From positions 1 to 17,918 of the forward strand of contig JBFMGO010000119.1 in assembly GCA_040752695.1 (NCBI GenBank): a DNA stretch of 17,918 nucleotides, read 5' to 3'. Under the pieces are notes generated by a model. The model ran no database searches. It had not been told where the DNA came from and saw only the letters and a list, made by a program, of their open reading frames with translations. A program made the translations under genes and the position numbers. The DNA comes from a bacterium (GTDB lineage Bacteria; SZUA-182; DTGQ01). Shown one piece after another: positions 1-8,204 of the stretch (its first letter is position 1; each line of letters starts with the position of its first letter).

Positions 1-33
1 TCCCTGATTGAAACCGGGGCTGAGCTCTATGAC

Positions 34-59
34 AGGGGTGCGATACTCACCGCACCCCT
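34..59. terminator. GC-rich hairpin just 3' of the cytochrome gene (possible terminator or REP-like palindrome)
   Basis: AGGGGTGCG (34-42) / CGCACCCCT (51-59) perfect 9-bp inverted repeat, 4 nt after the stop at 64; no good U-tract on the minus strand. Confidence 0.4.
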
Positions 60-63
60 TCAT

Positions 64-2859
64 TCAGTTCAAGGGCGTAGTGGTCATGACTATGGCAGAG
101 TCAGGGCTGTGGCCCTTCCCGTTAAAGGCTGTCACCTTGTAGGCGTACGTTTTGCCGGATTTCAGGCCATCGTTCACAAAAGAGACTTTGCCATAAACTA
201 CGGCCAGTTTGTCCCAGGAGGCTGTCTGGTCAGACTTGCCGTAGCGGACCCATACATCATATCCTTCGGCTCCTGGCACGCTGGACCAGGTCACCTGGAT
301 CGAAAATGGATCAAGGCTGGCCGCAGTCACCTCTGACGGTGCTCCAGGTGCACTCTTTATGGCCGTATCATCCGAGGCAACGAGGAATGGCTCGCCTTTG
401 CCGCTCAGCAGCCAGGAGGCATAAGCGATGCCTCCCCAATTGTCGCGCAGCCGCTTCCCGTCAAGGTCAGTCATACCGGAAAGTCCCACCACATCCCGCA
501 GGTAGGTCGGAACATGCGGATAATTGGGATCGGCAGGGTTTGGAGGCCCCTTTGGAGAAAGCGTTGAGGTGTCATTCTCCTTGAGATATTCCATATACTC
601 ACGGGTATGCGTCTGCCAGTAGGCTTCGACTCTCGCCGAGAGTACCGGGCTTGCAAGAGCGGTATCAGTAGCAGCGGGGGCGGCGGCAGCAGGGGCAGTA
701 GCCGCAAGGGCGATATCGGTAGTAGCGGGGGCGGTATGAATATCCGCATGGGCGGTATGAGTATCCATGGAAACCGGATTCGCAAGAGCGGTAAAGGTAT
801 AGGTCACTTCATCCCAGTTTTGACCGTCGGTATATCGGCCCGTATCCTCACGGGGCATGTAGGTTGACGGGTCATAATTCCAGAACCTTGCACCGGCCTG
901 CCGAAAGTCGGCATAGATGAATCCGGCAGGTGGAATGCGGTTATCGAATAAGATCCTGTCATTGAGCAGATTTGCTGACGGCTTGCATGAATTTCCCTCA
1001 CAGGTGCCTGTAACCTGCTCATAGATCATGACCGCCGTGGCGCCGCTGTCTATGGCAGGCCGCAAGGCACGGCTCAAGCCCGTTTTGGTCGAATCATTGA
1101 ATAGCGTAGCCCGTTCGGGGTCATAATATCCAGACTCGAAAACGATCCTGCCGGATTCATCCCTTACCACCAGCCTGATCCAGAGCCTCCGGCCATCGGG
1201 AAAACCCGCAGGGATACGGTGTCCTGCCAGGTTAGTCACCCGCACCCTGACTTCCCACTTGCCGATATCCGGCTTAAATACAGGTCCAGAGCTGATCCTG
1301 ATATCCACCGCACTTTCGAGCGAGAGCTCGGTGTTGCGCCTGGCCCGGTCCCAGCTCAAGTCCCGCGATGACAGCATGCCGGGGAACATACCGGTATTGC
1401 GGCCTGTCGGTATGCCGACAACCGCAAGGTCAACTTCAGGGTACAAAACCATCATCATCATGGGCAGGTCGCGGTTTGCGCCTGCGAACTTATGCAGGTG
1501 AATGCCGCCATCGGGATTTCTGTCCTTGGCATACGGGAACCAGCCGGAAAATTTCGGATCAGCGTTCAGGCTCACCGGTGTAGCGTCCGAATACTCATGC
1601 CTGTGCACCGGCATATGGCACTTGTTGCAGCTTCTGTAGGTTGCCGAGCCCTTGGTGCGGCCGTAATCGCTGTACTTCCACTCGGAATAGATGCGCTGCT
1701 CCGGCATGCCGCTATTCAGCACAGGGATGGTCAGATCGTGGCACGATGCGCAAAGCTCAGGGGAAGCCAGGAAGTCGCCCCTGAAGGTCGCATGTTCAGT
1801 AGAGGCTGCATACTCTTGATAGTTGTAGGTGCCGCTATCCGGATCATAGGGTGGGCATAGGGGTACGCTCAATTCAAGCGGAAGCGTGCCGTCCGGATTT
1901 ATGGCAGGCTTCCCGGCCAAACTCTTCTCAGGCCAGTCAGGCGGATACATGCCATAGGTCTGGCCGGTATACAGGTTTCTCTCGATCGGGGTATCGCTGA
2001 AATAAATCGCTATCGTGCCCAGGTAATCGGCTCCATATTTTTTGCCTTCGTTGATCTGCAAGGTGGCATCGCCATAGGGATTGCCTGCCGCCGGTCCCTC
2101 CGGATAGGGAAGGCCGGAATGCGGCCAGTCATCGATACCGGACAGCATGTTCCAGACGGGATCTAGTGGATCGAGGTCCTTTCTTTTCATAGTAACTGCG
2201 CCGATCGTACGATGACACAGCTCGCACGGAACGCCCTCGCTATCGCTCGATTCTTTGATGCTGTAGATCATGGTGCTGCCGTCGGCAGAACCTGCAAGTG
2301 CGGGCTCGAAGCGGCCAGAGTACCAGCCGTTCAGGCTATGGCAGCGAAAACACAGGTTTCCGGCGCCATCCTTGCCGGTCAGTTTCTTGGCATCGTTATT
2401 AAATATGATCTGATTGGCCCGGAAGACAGGATCGCGGGCTGCACTGGCCAGATTGCTGCCAGCCCAGTTGCCGAAATGGCCGGTCTGCTGGTCAATGGTG
2501 CCCCCATGGCATGGGGCACAGGTTGCCGGAGGTTCAAAAACATTATATGGACCGGGAAAAGTAATGTTCGGCAGCTCCTGTTGTTGTGTGCCCGGATTCG
2601 GCACACTGGTGCCTGCCGGATCAGGCCTGCCGGGAACATGAGCATACACGCTGGGGGCAATCGTAGCATTCACGCTCTGCCTCCAATAGGTAGTATAGGT
2701 GAGAATGGCACTATATCCGATCATTACGGCAGCAGCCAAGATCCCCATTGCCAATCCAGTGACAAGCTTTAGCTGAATGGTACCGGAGGTGGAGACGGCG
2801 AAGGCGGGAGAGGCAGGAGAGGCAGCGGAGGCAGGGGAATGACGAGTCAGCCTTTTCAT
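64..2859 (-). CDS. Exported/membrane-anchored multiheme (5 CxxCH) c-type cytochrome with C-terminal fibronectin type III domain, ~931 aa
   Basis: CAPCH, CFRCH, CELCH, CASCH and CNKCH motifs; WxGSxxAxAARDP, YSEW and GHxIPxG motifs typical of c554-like multiheme proteins; N-terminal hydrophobic helix; C-terminal Fn3 pattern (VTWSSVPGAEGY...GLKSGKTYAYKVTAFN..G.S). Start placed at ATG 2859 behind SD AAAGGAG rather than 3051. Confidence 0.88.
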   Translation of the reverse strand: MKRLTRHSPASAASPASPAFAVSTSGTIQLKLVTGLAMGILAAAVMIGYSAILTYTTYWRQSVNATIAPSVYAHVPGRPDPAGTSVPNPGTQQQELPNITFPGPYNVFEPPATCAPCHGGTIDQQTGHFGNWAGSNLASAARDPVFRANQIIFNNDAKKLTGKDGAGNLCFRCHSLNGWYSGRFEPALAGSADGSTMIYSIKESSDSEGVPCELCHRTIGAVTMKRKDLDPLDPVWNMLSGIDDWPHSGLPYPEGPAAGNPYGDATLQINEGKKYGADYLGTIAIYFSDTPIERNLYTGQTYGMYPPDWPEKSLAGKPAINPDGTLPLELSVPLCPPYDPDSGTYNYQEYAASTEHATFRGDFLASPELCASCHDLTIPVLNSGMPEQRIYSEWKYSDYGRTKGSATYRSCNKCHMPVHRHEYSDATPVSLNADPKFSGWFPYAKDRNPDGGIHLHKFAGANRDLPMMMMVLYPEVDLAVVGIPTGRNTGMFPGMLSSRDLSWDRARRNTELSLESAVDIRISSGPVFKPDIGKWEVRVRVTNLAGHRIPAGFPDGRRLWIRLVVRDESGRIVFESGYYDPERATLFNDSTKTGLSRALRPAIDSGATAVMIYEQVTGTCEGNSCKPSANLLNDRILFDNRIPPAGFIYADFRQAGARFWNYDPSTYMPREDTGRYTDGQNWDEVTYTFTALANPVSMDTHTAHADIHTAPATTDIALAATAPAAAAPAATDTALASPVLSARVEAYWQTHTREYMEYLKENDTSTLSPKGPPNPADPNYPHVPTYLRDVVGLSGMTDLDGKRLRDNWGGIAYASWLLSGKGEPFLVASDDTAIKSAPGAPSEVTAASLDPFSIQVTWSSVPGAEGYDVWVRYGKSDQTASWDKLAVVYGKVSFVNDGLKSGKTYAYKVTAFNGKGHSPDSAIVMTTTPLN

Positions 2860-2939
2860 GGGGATACTCCTTTCATGGGGGCTTCCTTTGCATGGGGGGC
2901 TTCCTTTGCATGGGACTTCATGAAACGATCTTTTTTCAT
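2856..2939 (-). CDS. Putative 27-aa mini-ORF MKKDRFMKSHAKEAPHAKEAPMKGVSP, ATGA-overlapping both neighbours
   Basis: ATG 2939 overlaps the TGA (2936-2938) of the upstream gene and is preceded by GAGGGAG; its TGA (2856-2858) overlaps the cytochrome ATG at 2859. Confidence 0.35.
   Translation of the reverse strand: MKKDRFMKSHAKEAPHAKEAPMKGVSP
2857..2908 (-). repeat. Three tandem 17-18 bp SD-spacer-ATG units
   Basis: Minus strand reads CAAAGGAAGCCCCCCATG / CAAAGGAAGCCCCCATG / AAAGGAGTATCCCCATG. Confidence 0.8.
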
Positions 2940-3712
2940 GGGACTGCTCCCTCGCTCTTTGTTGTAGCATCCGGCAAAGGATCAGGGCTCTGAGAACGAT
3001 CGGAGTTCTGAGAACGATCAGTGCCCGACATTTCGGGGCCTGATATTTCATGGTTCGATATTTCAGTGCCCGGTGTTTCGGTCCTCTCGTGACTCAGAGA
3101 GATAATGCCCTCGAATCTCTCATTGCCGAAAAAGGTGCCGTTCCCTCTGGTGAATCTTTGGCTGCCCATAACCTCCGGCCGGGACATGATCAGAGTGACC
3201 GGAGCATTGATTATGCCCTGACCCGTAGAGGGATTAAAGGGAATTTCGGTAAAAAGAATACCGCGCGCAACGGTAGGCTTGCAGGCCACTCCCCTGGCAT
3301 TTTTGACTGCATTTTCATTGGTGATGGACCATATTCCCCGCACTTCCCAATACCCCTCTTTCTGCCCTGCTATGCTCTGGCTGGGGAGAAAGGCAGTCAA
3401 GGTCACCTGGAACCTGCCTCTCCCCAAGGGGGAGCAACTGCCGGTAGGTATAGCGGTAGCCTCGATCACGTGGCCGCCGGTTATTGCTCCATCTCCGATC
3501 TGCGTGGTCGAGCCGGAACATATTACCCTGGTATCGGTTAGCTTCCATCCTGATGCAGCCTCACTGATGCCGGGCACTCCGGCAGCCTGAGTTGCGGCTC
3601 CATCCAGAGAAACTATCAGGACCACCATGGCCGTCAAACCTAAGATCTGCATTACCGAAAAAATATGGTTAAGGCCCATGGATTTTATCGTTGGTCTGTT
3701 ATTCTGTCTCAT
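2936..3712 (-). CDS. Exported hypothetical protein, ~258 aa, low-complexity C-terminal tail
   Basis: SD GGAGG 7 nt before ATG 3712; hydrophobic signal-like segment (ILGLTAMVVLIVSL...ATQA); directly upstream of the cytochrome on the same strand; no family recognised. Confidence 0.7.
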   Translation of the reverse strand: MRQNNRPTIKSMGLNHIFSVMQILGLTAMVVLIVSLDGAATQAAGVPGISEAASGWKLTDTRVICSGSTTQIGDGAITGGHVIEATAIPTGSCSPLGRGRFQVTLTAFLPSQSIAGQKEGYWEVRGIWSITNENAVKNARGVACKPTVARGILFTEIPFNPSTGQGIINAPVTLIMSRPEVMGSQRFTRGNGTFFGNERFEGIISLSHERTETPGTEISNHEISGPEMSGTDRSQNSDRSQSPDPLPDATTKSEGAVP

Positions 3713-3756
3713 AATAAATCCTCCATCGTGAGGAGCCAGGAGCCGGTTGCCATTCA

Positions 3757-3896
3757 CTACTGCCCCTTGACTCCTGTCTTTCAGCTCCTTACTGCTGACT
3801 CTTTACTTCTGACGCCTTGCTTTATACTCCTGCCTCCTGACTCCTGCCTCCTGAATTCTGGATTCTGGCTTTTGACTCCTGAATTCAGGACCCTGT
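3757..3896. repeat. Degenerate heptamer tandem array (~20 units, CTCCTGA/ATTCTGG type, STRR-like)
   Basis: Unbroken 7-bp phase: ctactgc cccttga ctcctgt ... ctcctgc ctcctga ctcctgc ctcctga attctgg attctgg cttttga ctcctga attcagg accctgt; includes the palindrome TCCTGAATTCAGGA at 3877-3890. Confidence 0.85.
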
Positions 3897-3899
3897 ATT

Positions 3900-5615
3900 T
3901 TACGTTTTGGCTTTTCCCATAATCGATTGAATATCCTCGGTCACTGAGCCTTCAATCTGGACATCGATGAGATGCGGTCCACTTGTATCGGCCAGGGCTT
4001 CTTTCAAGGCATTTCTCAAGGAGTCAGGATCGTTTGCAGACCAGGGTTTTACGCCGAATCCCCTGGCAATTTCATCGAATTGGACAACAGGATAATCAAG
4101 GTCCTGCTGTGGAAACTGGCGCAGTTCGACGCCCTCTTCAGCCCAATACTCCAGGGTATTGAGCTTCAGTATTCTGTAGCTGCGGTTATTGCAGACAATG
4201 AAAATAAGGTGCAGGTTATGGCGGGCAGCGGTCCACAAAGATTGAATTACGTAAAGGGCCGCACCATCACCCGACAGGGCCAGGACAGGCTGGTTGGGAA
4301 AGGCGAGCTTGACGCCCACAGCACCGGTCCAGCCCACACCCAGACACCGTCCCCGGCTGCTGAAGTAGCGCGAGGGTGGAGCGTTATAGAGACTGTGCAC
4401 CAGAGATGATGTCGAAGTTATTGATTCATCGTAGATAATAGCATTTTCAGGAAGCATTTCCACGACAGTTTTCATCATTAGTGAAGCGTGCATGGGCCTT
4501 GCCTGGCGAAGATGGTCGTACTGTATCTGCACAGTTTCCCATTGCTCTTTCTTCTTCTTTTGCCAATAGGTTTTTCTCTCTGCCGCTTTTCTTTGAAATT
4601 CAGGATCAGGCCGCGACTCTATACCGGCTGCGATGGCATCCAAAGTTGCTTTGGGATCAGCTATGATTCCGACCTCGACCGGAAAGTTTTTGGCAATTTC
4701 CCATGAATTCAGATCCACCTGAAAAAGCCTTGCCCCTTCGCGAAAGTACGGACCATCATCGGGAAACATCACCGGAAAAAGCGGCGTGCCGATAGCCAGG
4801 ATCACATCTGCCTGGTTCGTGTAGGGATGATTATACCTGGCAAAGGAAAATTCCAGCGTACCCATAAAGAGCGGATCCTTGGGATAGGCACCGCCCTGGT
4901 AAGTAAAATCGACTCCATAGACGGGACAGCCGACTTGATCGGCCAGTCTTCTCAGCTCATCCTCGGCATTGGAAAGCTGTACCTGATCCCCGATGAGCAT
5001 AATTGGGTTTTCGGCCTCCATCAATGCCCTGACGATAATGTCTACATCCTCAGGTGGCGGGCTTCCCCGCCAGTCCACACAACTGGTGGGATGAATGTCC
5101 GGCTCGATCTCCTCTTCGAGAGTGTCCATCGGGATACTCAGAACAACCGGACCCTGGGGAGGGGTCATGGCCTCCTTGAAAGCCCTGCGCAGCACTTTCA
5201 GCGTATTATCTCCAGGAATAATCCGGTAAGCCCATTTAGTCACCGGTTTGGCCATCTCAACCGGGTCACCTCCGAAAAATCCGTCAAAAGAAGCGAACTT
5301 CGATGGACTTTCCCCAACGTAAACCAAAAGGGGCGTCTTGCTCCTTTGGGCCTCATAGAGCATGGCCATGGCATTGCCGAGCCCTACCATGGTGTGCAAC
5401 TGAACTATTGCCGGTTGCCTGGTCACCCGCGCATGACCTAAGGCCATGCCCAAGACGACCGATTCCTGCAGCCCGAGGATATAACGAAGCTCGGGGAAAT
5501 CGGTAAGTGCATCCAGAAATCCTTCCTCCAAGGTGCCGGGATTCCCGAAAATAAGCTTTACTCCATCTGCAAGCAGTTGCTTCATGAAAGCATGCTTCGT
5601 TTTCATTTTTGACAT
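3900..5615 (-). CDS. Thiamine diphosphate-dependent enzyme, benzoylformate decarboxylase/acetolactate synthase-like, ~571 aa
   Basis: IFGNPGTLE, LQESVVLGMA (catalytic Glu), QLHTMVGLGNAM and the ThDP-binding GDGA...NN motif; SD AAGGAG before ATG 5615. Confidence 0.9.
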   Translation of the reverse strand: MSKMKTKHAFMKQLLADGVKLIFGNPGTLEEGFLDALTDFPELRYILGLQESVVLGMALGHARVTRQPAIVQLHTMVGLGNAMAMLYEAQRSKTPLLVYVGESPSKFASFDGFFGGDPVEMAKPVTKWAYRIIPGDNTLKVLRRAFKEAMTPPQGPVVLSIPMDTLEEEIEPDIHPTSCVDWRGSPPPEDVDIIVRALMEAENPIMLIGDQVQLSNAEDELRRLADQVGCPVYGVDFTYQGGAYPKDPLFMGTLEFSFARYNHPYTNQADVILAIGTPLFPVMFPDDGPYFREGARLFQVDLNSWEIAKNFPVEVGIIADPKATLDAIAAGIESRPDPEFQRKAAERKTYWQKKKKEQWETVQIQYDHLRQARPMHASLMMKTVVEMLPENAIIYDESITSTSSLVHSLYNAPPSRYFSSRGRCLGVGWTGAVGVKLAFPNQPVLALSGDGAALYVIQSLWTAARHNLHLIFIVCNNRSYRILKLNTLEYWAEEGVELRQFPQQDLDYPVVQFDEIARGFGVKPWSANDPDSLRNALKEALADTSGPHLIDVQIEGSVTEDIQSIMGKAKT

Positions 5616-6138
5616 TTGGTGTCTCCTTCGTTTATTCGCTCCCCTCATGGGGGTTGGCTTCGCTTTAAGGTAACTGGTTTGAGCTCTTCGACGGATTATT
5701 GATAACTTTCTCTTCACGTTTTTTCGCTTCCCTTCCAATTTGCTCAAGGGTGCCTCGTCCCGCTCTGCTTAAAGGTGCCCCTTGCTGCCGGCAGATTGGA
5801 ATGATTTTACTCAGGCTCGCACCCGGCAATGACACCCTCCACCGATAGGCTTCAGTTACGCTTTCGGATATTCCAGAATATTCCGGATGATATCTTCTCA
5901 ACTGCATCGGCCAATTTCAGTGAAAGTAAGTATTTGATACTTCCCGGCAGGAAGAGGTTTGGTTGTCCCGAACCAGAATAGAAAAAATTTTGGGAATAGA
6001 AAATTTTAGCGGGATGGATTGTAGAAAGGGATTTGTGTCCTTGCTGCAATCAAATGGTTAATGCAACACCATAGGTAAGGTAATGCGTGTGATTGATGCA
6101 GGTACCCCCTGGGTAAAAAAGTATTTGCAAGGCTTAGA

Positions 6139-6206
6139 GAGGCTATCCCAAAACCCCATTTCAGGTGAATGATTACACCTGTTGCCGGAGGTTTTGGGAA
6201 AGGCAC
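6139..6206. repeat. 68-bp palindromic miniature element with imperfect terminal inverted repeats
   Basis: GAGGCTATCCCAAAACC (6139-6155) vs GGTTTTGGGAAAGGCAC (6190-6206), 14/17 complementary with a perfect 10-bp core; inner stem CAGGTG/CACCTG. Confidence 0.5.
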
Positions 6207-6384
6207 TTGGCATAGGGGGCTTCTTATGAGACACCAGGCTTATAAAGTTAGTTTATTAGCCCTGTGGCTTATAGAGGCACCCTCATCCTGCAATAGGTAA
6301 ATGCCTCCGGGTAACGGCCCATCTTGTGGTGCAGGGACCTTCATTTCATGAGCCCGCCTCAATTTCATAAGCTCACCTTCATTC

Positions 6385-7989
6385 TCATGAGTTCTTTGAT
6401 AATTGTGCCTTCCATAAATCCATGCCCAGACTCCATTCCAGGGGAAGGGGATCAAATCCGCAGAGTCTCTTGCTGTTCCAGGCCACTACATTGAAGGTCT
6501 CGAAGAAAAAGGGTTGTGCGCAACTTTTCACAATAAGTTCCTGGGCCAGGTAAAAAGCCTCTCGGCTTTCGGATGGATCATTTGAGTGAAGAAAGATGGA
6601 AAAGGCATCGTCGAGCTCAGGGCTTTGATAAACAGTGAACCCGCAAGGGCGTTTTGAGTAGTAGAACATCTGATAGTCCATCTGCGGCCAGAGGGCCATT
6701 TCAAATGTTTTATTTCGCATCCGGTTGCCGAGTGCACCAAACTCCATATGCTGCAATTGCACCGCAATGCCTGCTTTTTTTAACTGGCTTTTGATTCCTT
6801 CAGCAACTGCCTTGTAAACCGGATCATGGCTATTATAAAAAAGCGTAACCGAAAACCTCTTTCCGTCTTTCATGATTGTCCCATCCGCACTCAGGTCCGT
6901 CCATCCTGCTTCAGCCAGCATTTGTCTGGCTCCGTCCACATTGTTCCGCCTGCGGATTATATGGCGATTAGAGAGGGCATTGTTTTGCGGAACAGGGCCA
7001 TCGATGCTCACACCTGCCTCATGAATAAAGTCATTGATTTTATTCTGGCTTATGATCATAGCTATGGCCTTTCGTACATTTATATCGGTAAACGGCTCCT
7101 GTTGATAATTGAGTGCCAGGGAATGAACGGCAGGATTAAGACTCGAAATCCTCTCAACTGATAAGTTACCGGCATCGAGCTGAGGAATCATCTCAAGGGG
7201 GATCTGGTCGAAACTGTCGATCCCGGTCAAATCGATATCACCTGTCCTGAGAGCAATCGCCCGTGTCGTGGAATCAGGAATGACTTTCAGAACAATGCGG
7301 GGAATCCTGACCTCTCCCTGCCAGTAATGGGGGTTTCTGACCAGCAGGACAGAATGGGAGCCCTTTTGTTCACAGACGATGTAAGGGCCCGTTCCAATGA
7401 AAACCGCCGATTTTCCATCCTGTGACGGCTTGAGAACAGGGCTTATATGCGTTGTGGCCAATTCATCGAGAAACACATTATACGGCTGTGGCAGATGAAA
7501 CCGGATTGTGTATTCATCGAGAACTTCCACGGAACTGCCGTCGCTCCAAATGGGCAGGCTATCGGCTTGAGCCCATTCTATGTCCTGATAGCGTCCTTTT
7601 TGCTGTCCAGAGGCAGCTTTTATCTTCTCTTTATTTTTTTCCCTGTATACGAATGATTCTTTTACGTGATAAGCCGTTACCCGTGTCCCATCGGAAAAGG
7701 TGACTCCATCTCTTATCCGGAAGGTATAATCTTTTCCATCTTCGCTCTTCTCCCATGATTCGGCGATGAAGGGGATATAACCACCCTTTTTGTCCCGTCT
7801 TACGAGCGTCTCAAAAACAAGACAATTTTCCCCTCTGTGCAGCCAGATGTCGGAAACATTCCAGTCTCTGGCTATGCCGATCGTGAGCGTATCAGGAGAA
7901 TATTTTCTTCCCCTTCGCGTGCAGGCAAATAATAAGATAAGACCTATCACAACCGGAAAAACCACACTCGCCACTATCCACTTCTTCAT
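6385..7989 (-). CDS. ABC transporter substrate-binding protein, family 5 (peptide/nickel; OppA/DppA/NikA-like), probable lipoprotein
   Basis: VFETLV, AESWEKSEDGKDYTFRIRDGVTFSDG, IGTGPY, RNPHYW, PFTDINVRKAI and ARQMLAEAGW motifs; LFAC lipobox-like end of the signal; ATG 7989 after GAAGGGGG. Confidence 0.9.
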   Translation of the reverse strand: MKKWIVASVVFPVVIGLILLFACTRRGRKYSPDTLTIGIARDWNVSDIWLHRGENCLVFETLVRRDKKGGYIPFIAESWEKSEDGKDYTFRIRDGVTFSDGTRVTAYHVKESFVYREKNKEKIKAASGQQKGRYQDIEWAQADSLPIWSDGSSVEVLDEYTIRFHLPQPYNVFLDELATTHISPVLKPSQDGKSAVFIGTGPYIVCEQKGSHSVLLVRNPHYWQGEVRIPRIVLKVIPDSTTRAIALRTGDIDLTGIDSFDQIPLEMIPQLDAGNLSVERISSLNPAVHSLALNYQQEPFTDINVRKAIAMIISQNKINDFIHEAGVSIDGPVPQNNALSNRHIIRRRNNVDGARQMLAEAGWTDLSADGTIMKDGKRFSVTLFYNSHDPVYKAVAEGIKSQLKKAGIAVQLQHMEFGALGNRMRNKTFEMALWPQMDYQMFYYSKRPCGFTVYQSPELDDAFSIFLHSNDPSESREAFYLAQELIVKSCAQPFFFETFNVVAWNSKRLCGFDPLPLEWSLGMDLWKAQLSKNS

Positions 7990-8048
7990 GCACAACGCCC
8001 CCTTCGCAGCCAATCAACAGATACAGAGTCACCACAATCATAGATGCA

Positions 8049-8132
8049 AAGTCATAATTCAGAAGCCGGAATCCTGGAACCGGAATTCAGGAGCCGGAAT
8101 TTAAAAGCCAGGAGCCGGAATTCAGGGGTTAG
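8049..8132. repeat. Second heptamer array (~12 units, AATTCAG/GAGCCGG), opposite orientation to 3757-3896
   Basis: aattcag aagccgg aatcctg gaaccgg aattcag gagccgg aatttaa aagccag gagccgg aattcag in unbroken phase. Confidence 0.85.
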
Positions 8133-8152
8133 ATAGTCCACCTGTGCAAGGC

Positions 8153-8204
8153 CGTATAAAGAAAAGTGGAAATTTCTACGCATAAAGAAAGATGGAAATT
8201 TCTA
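8153..8204. repeat. 26-bp tandem duplication in the divergent SBP/MATE intergenic region (possible operator pair)
   Basis: CGTATAAAGAAAAGTGGAAATTTCTA / CGCATAAAGAAAGATGGAAATTTCTA, 23/26 identical. Confidence 0.75.

Noticed and set aside
2860..3051. N-terminal extension of the cytochrome ORF to 3051 (likewise extensions to 3757, 5747, 8013, 10429 and 13576 for other genes)
   Set aside because: Better SD-ATG pairs lie downstream, and the extensions overlap other genes or consist of repeat-derived sequence.
5760..5830. TPP riboswitch upstream of the ThDP enzyme (GGGTGC..CTGAG on the minus strand)
   Set aside because: Lacks the downstream ACCC...GAACCTG...TAATxCC..GxAGG conserved core.
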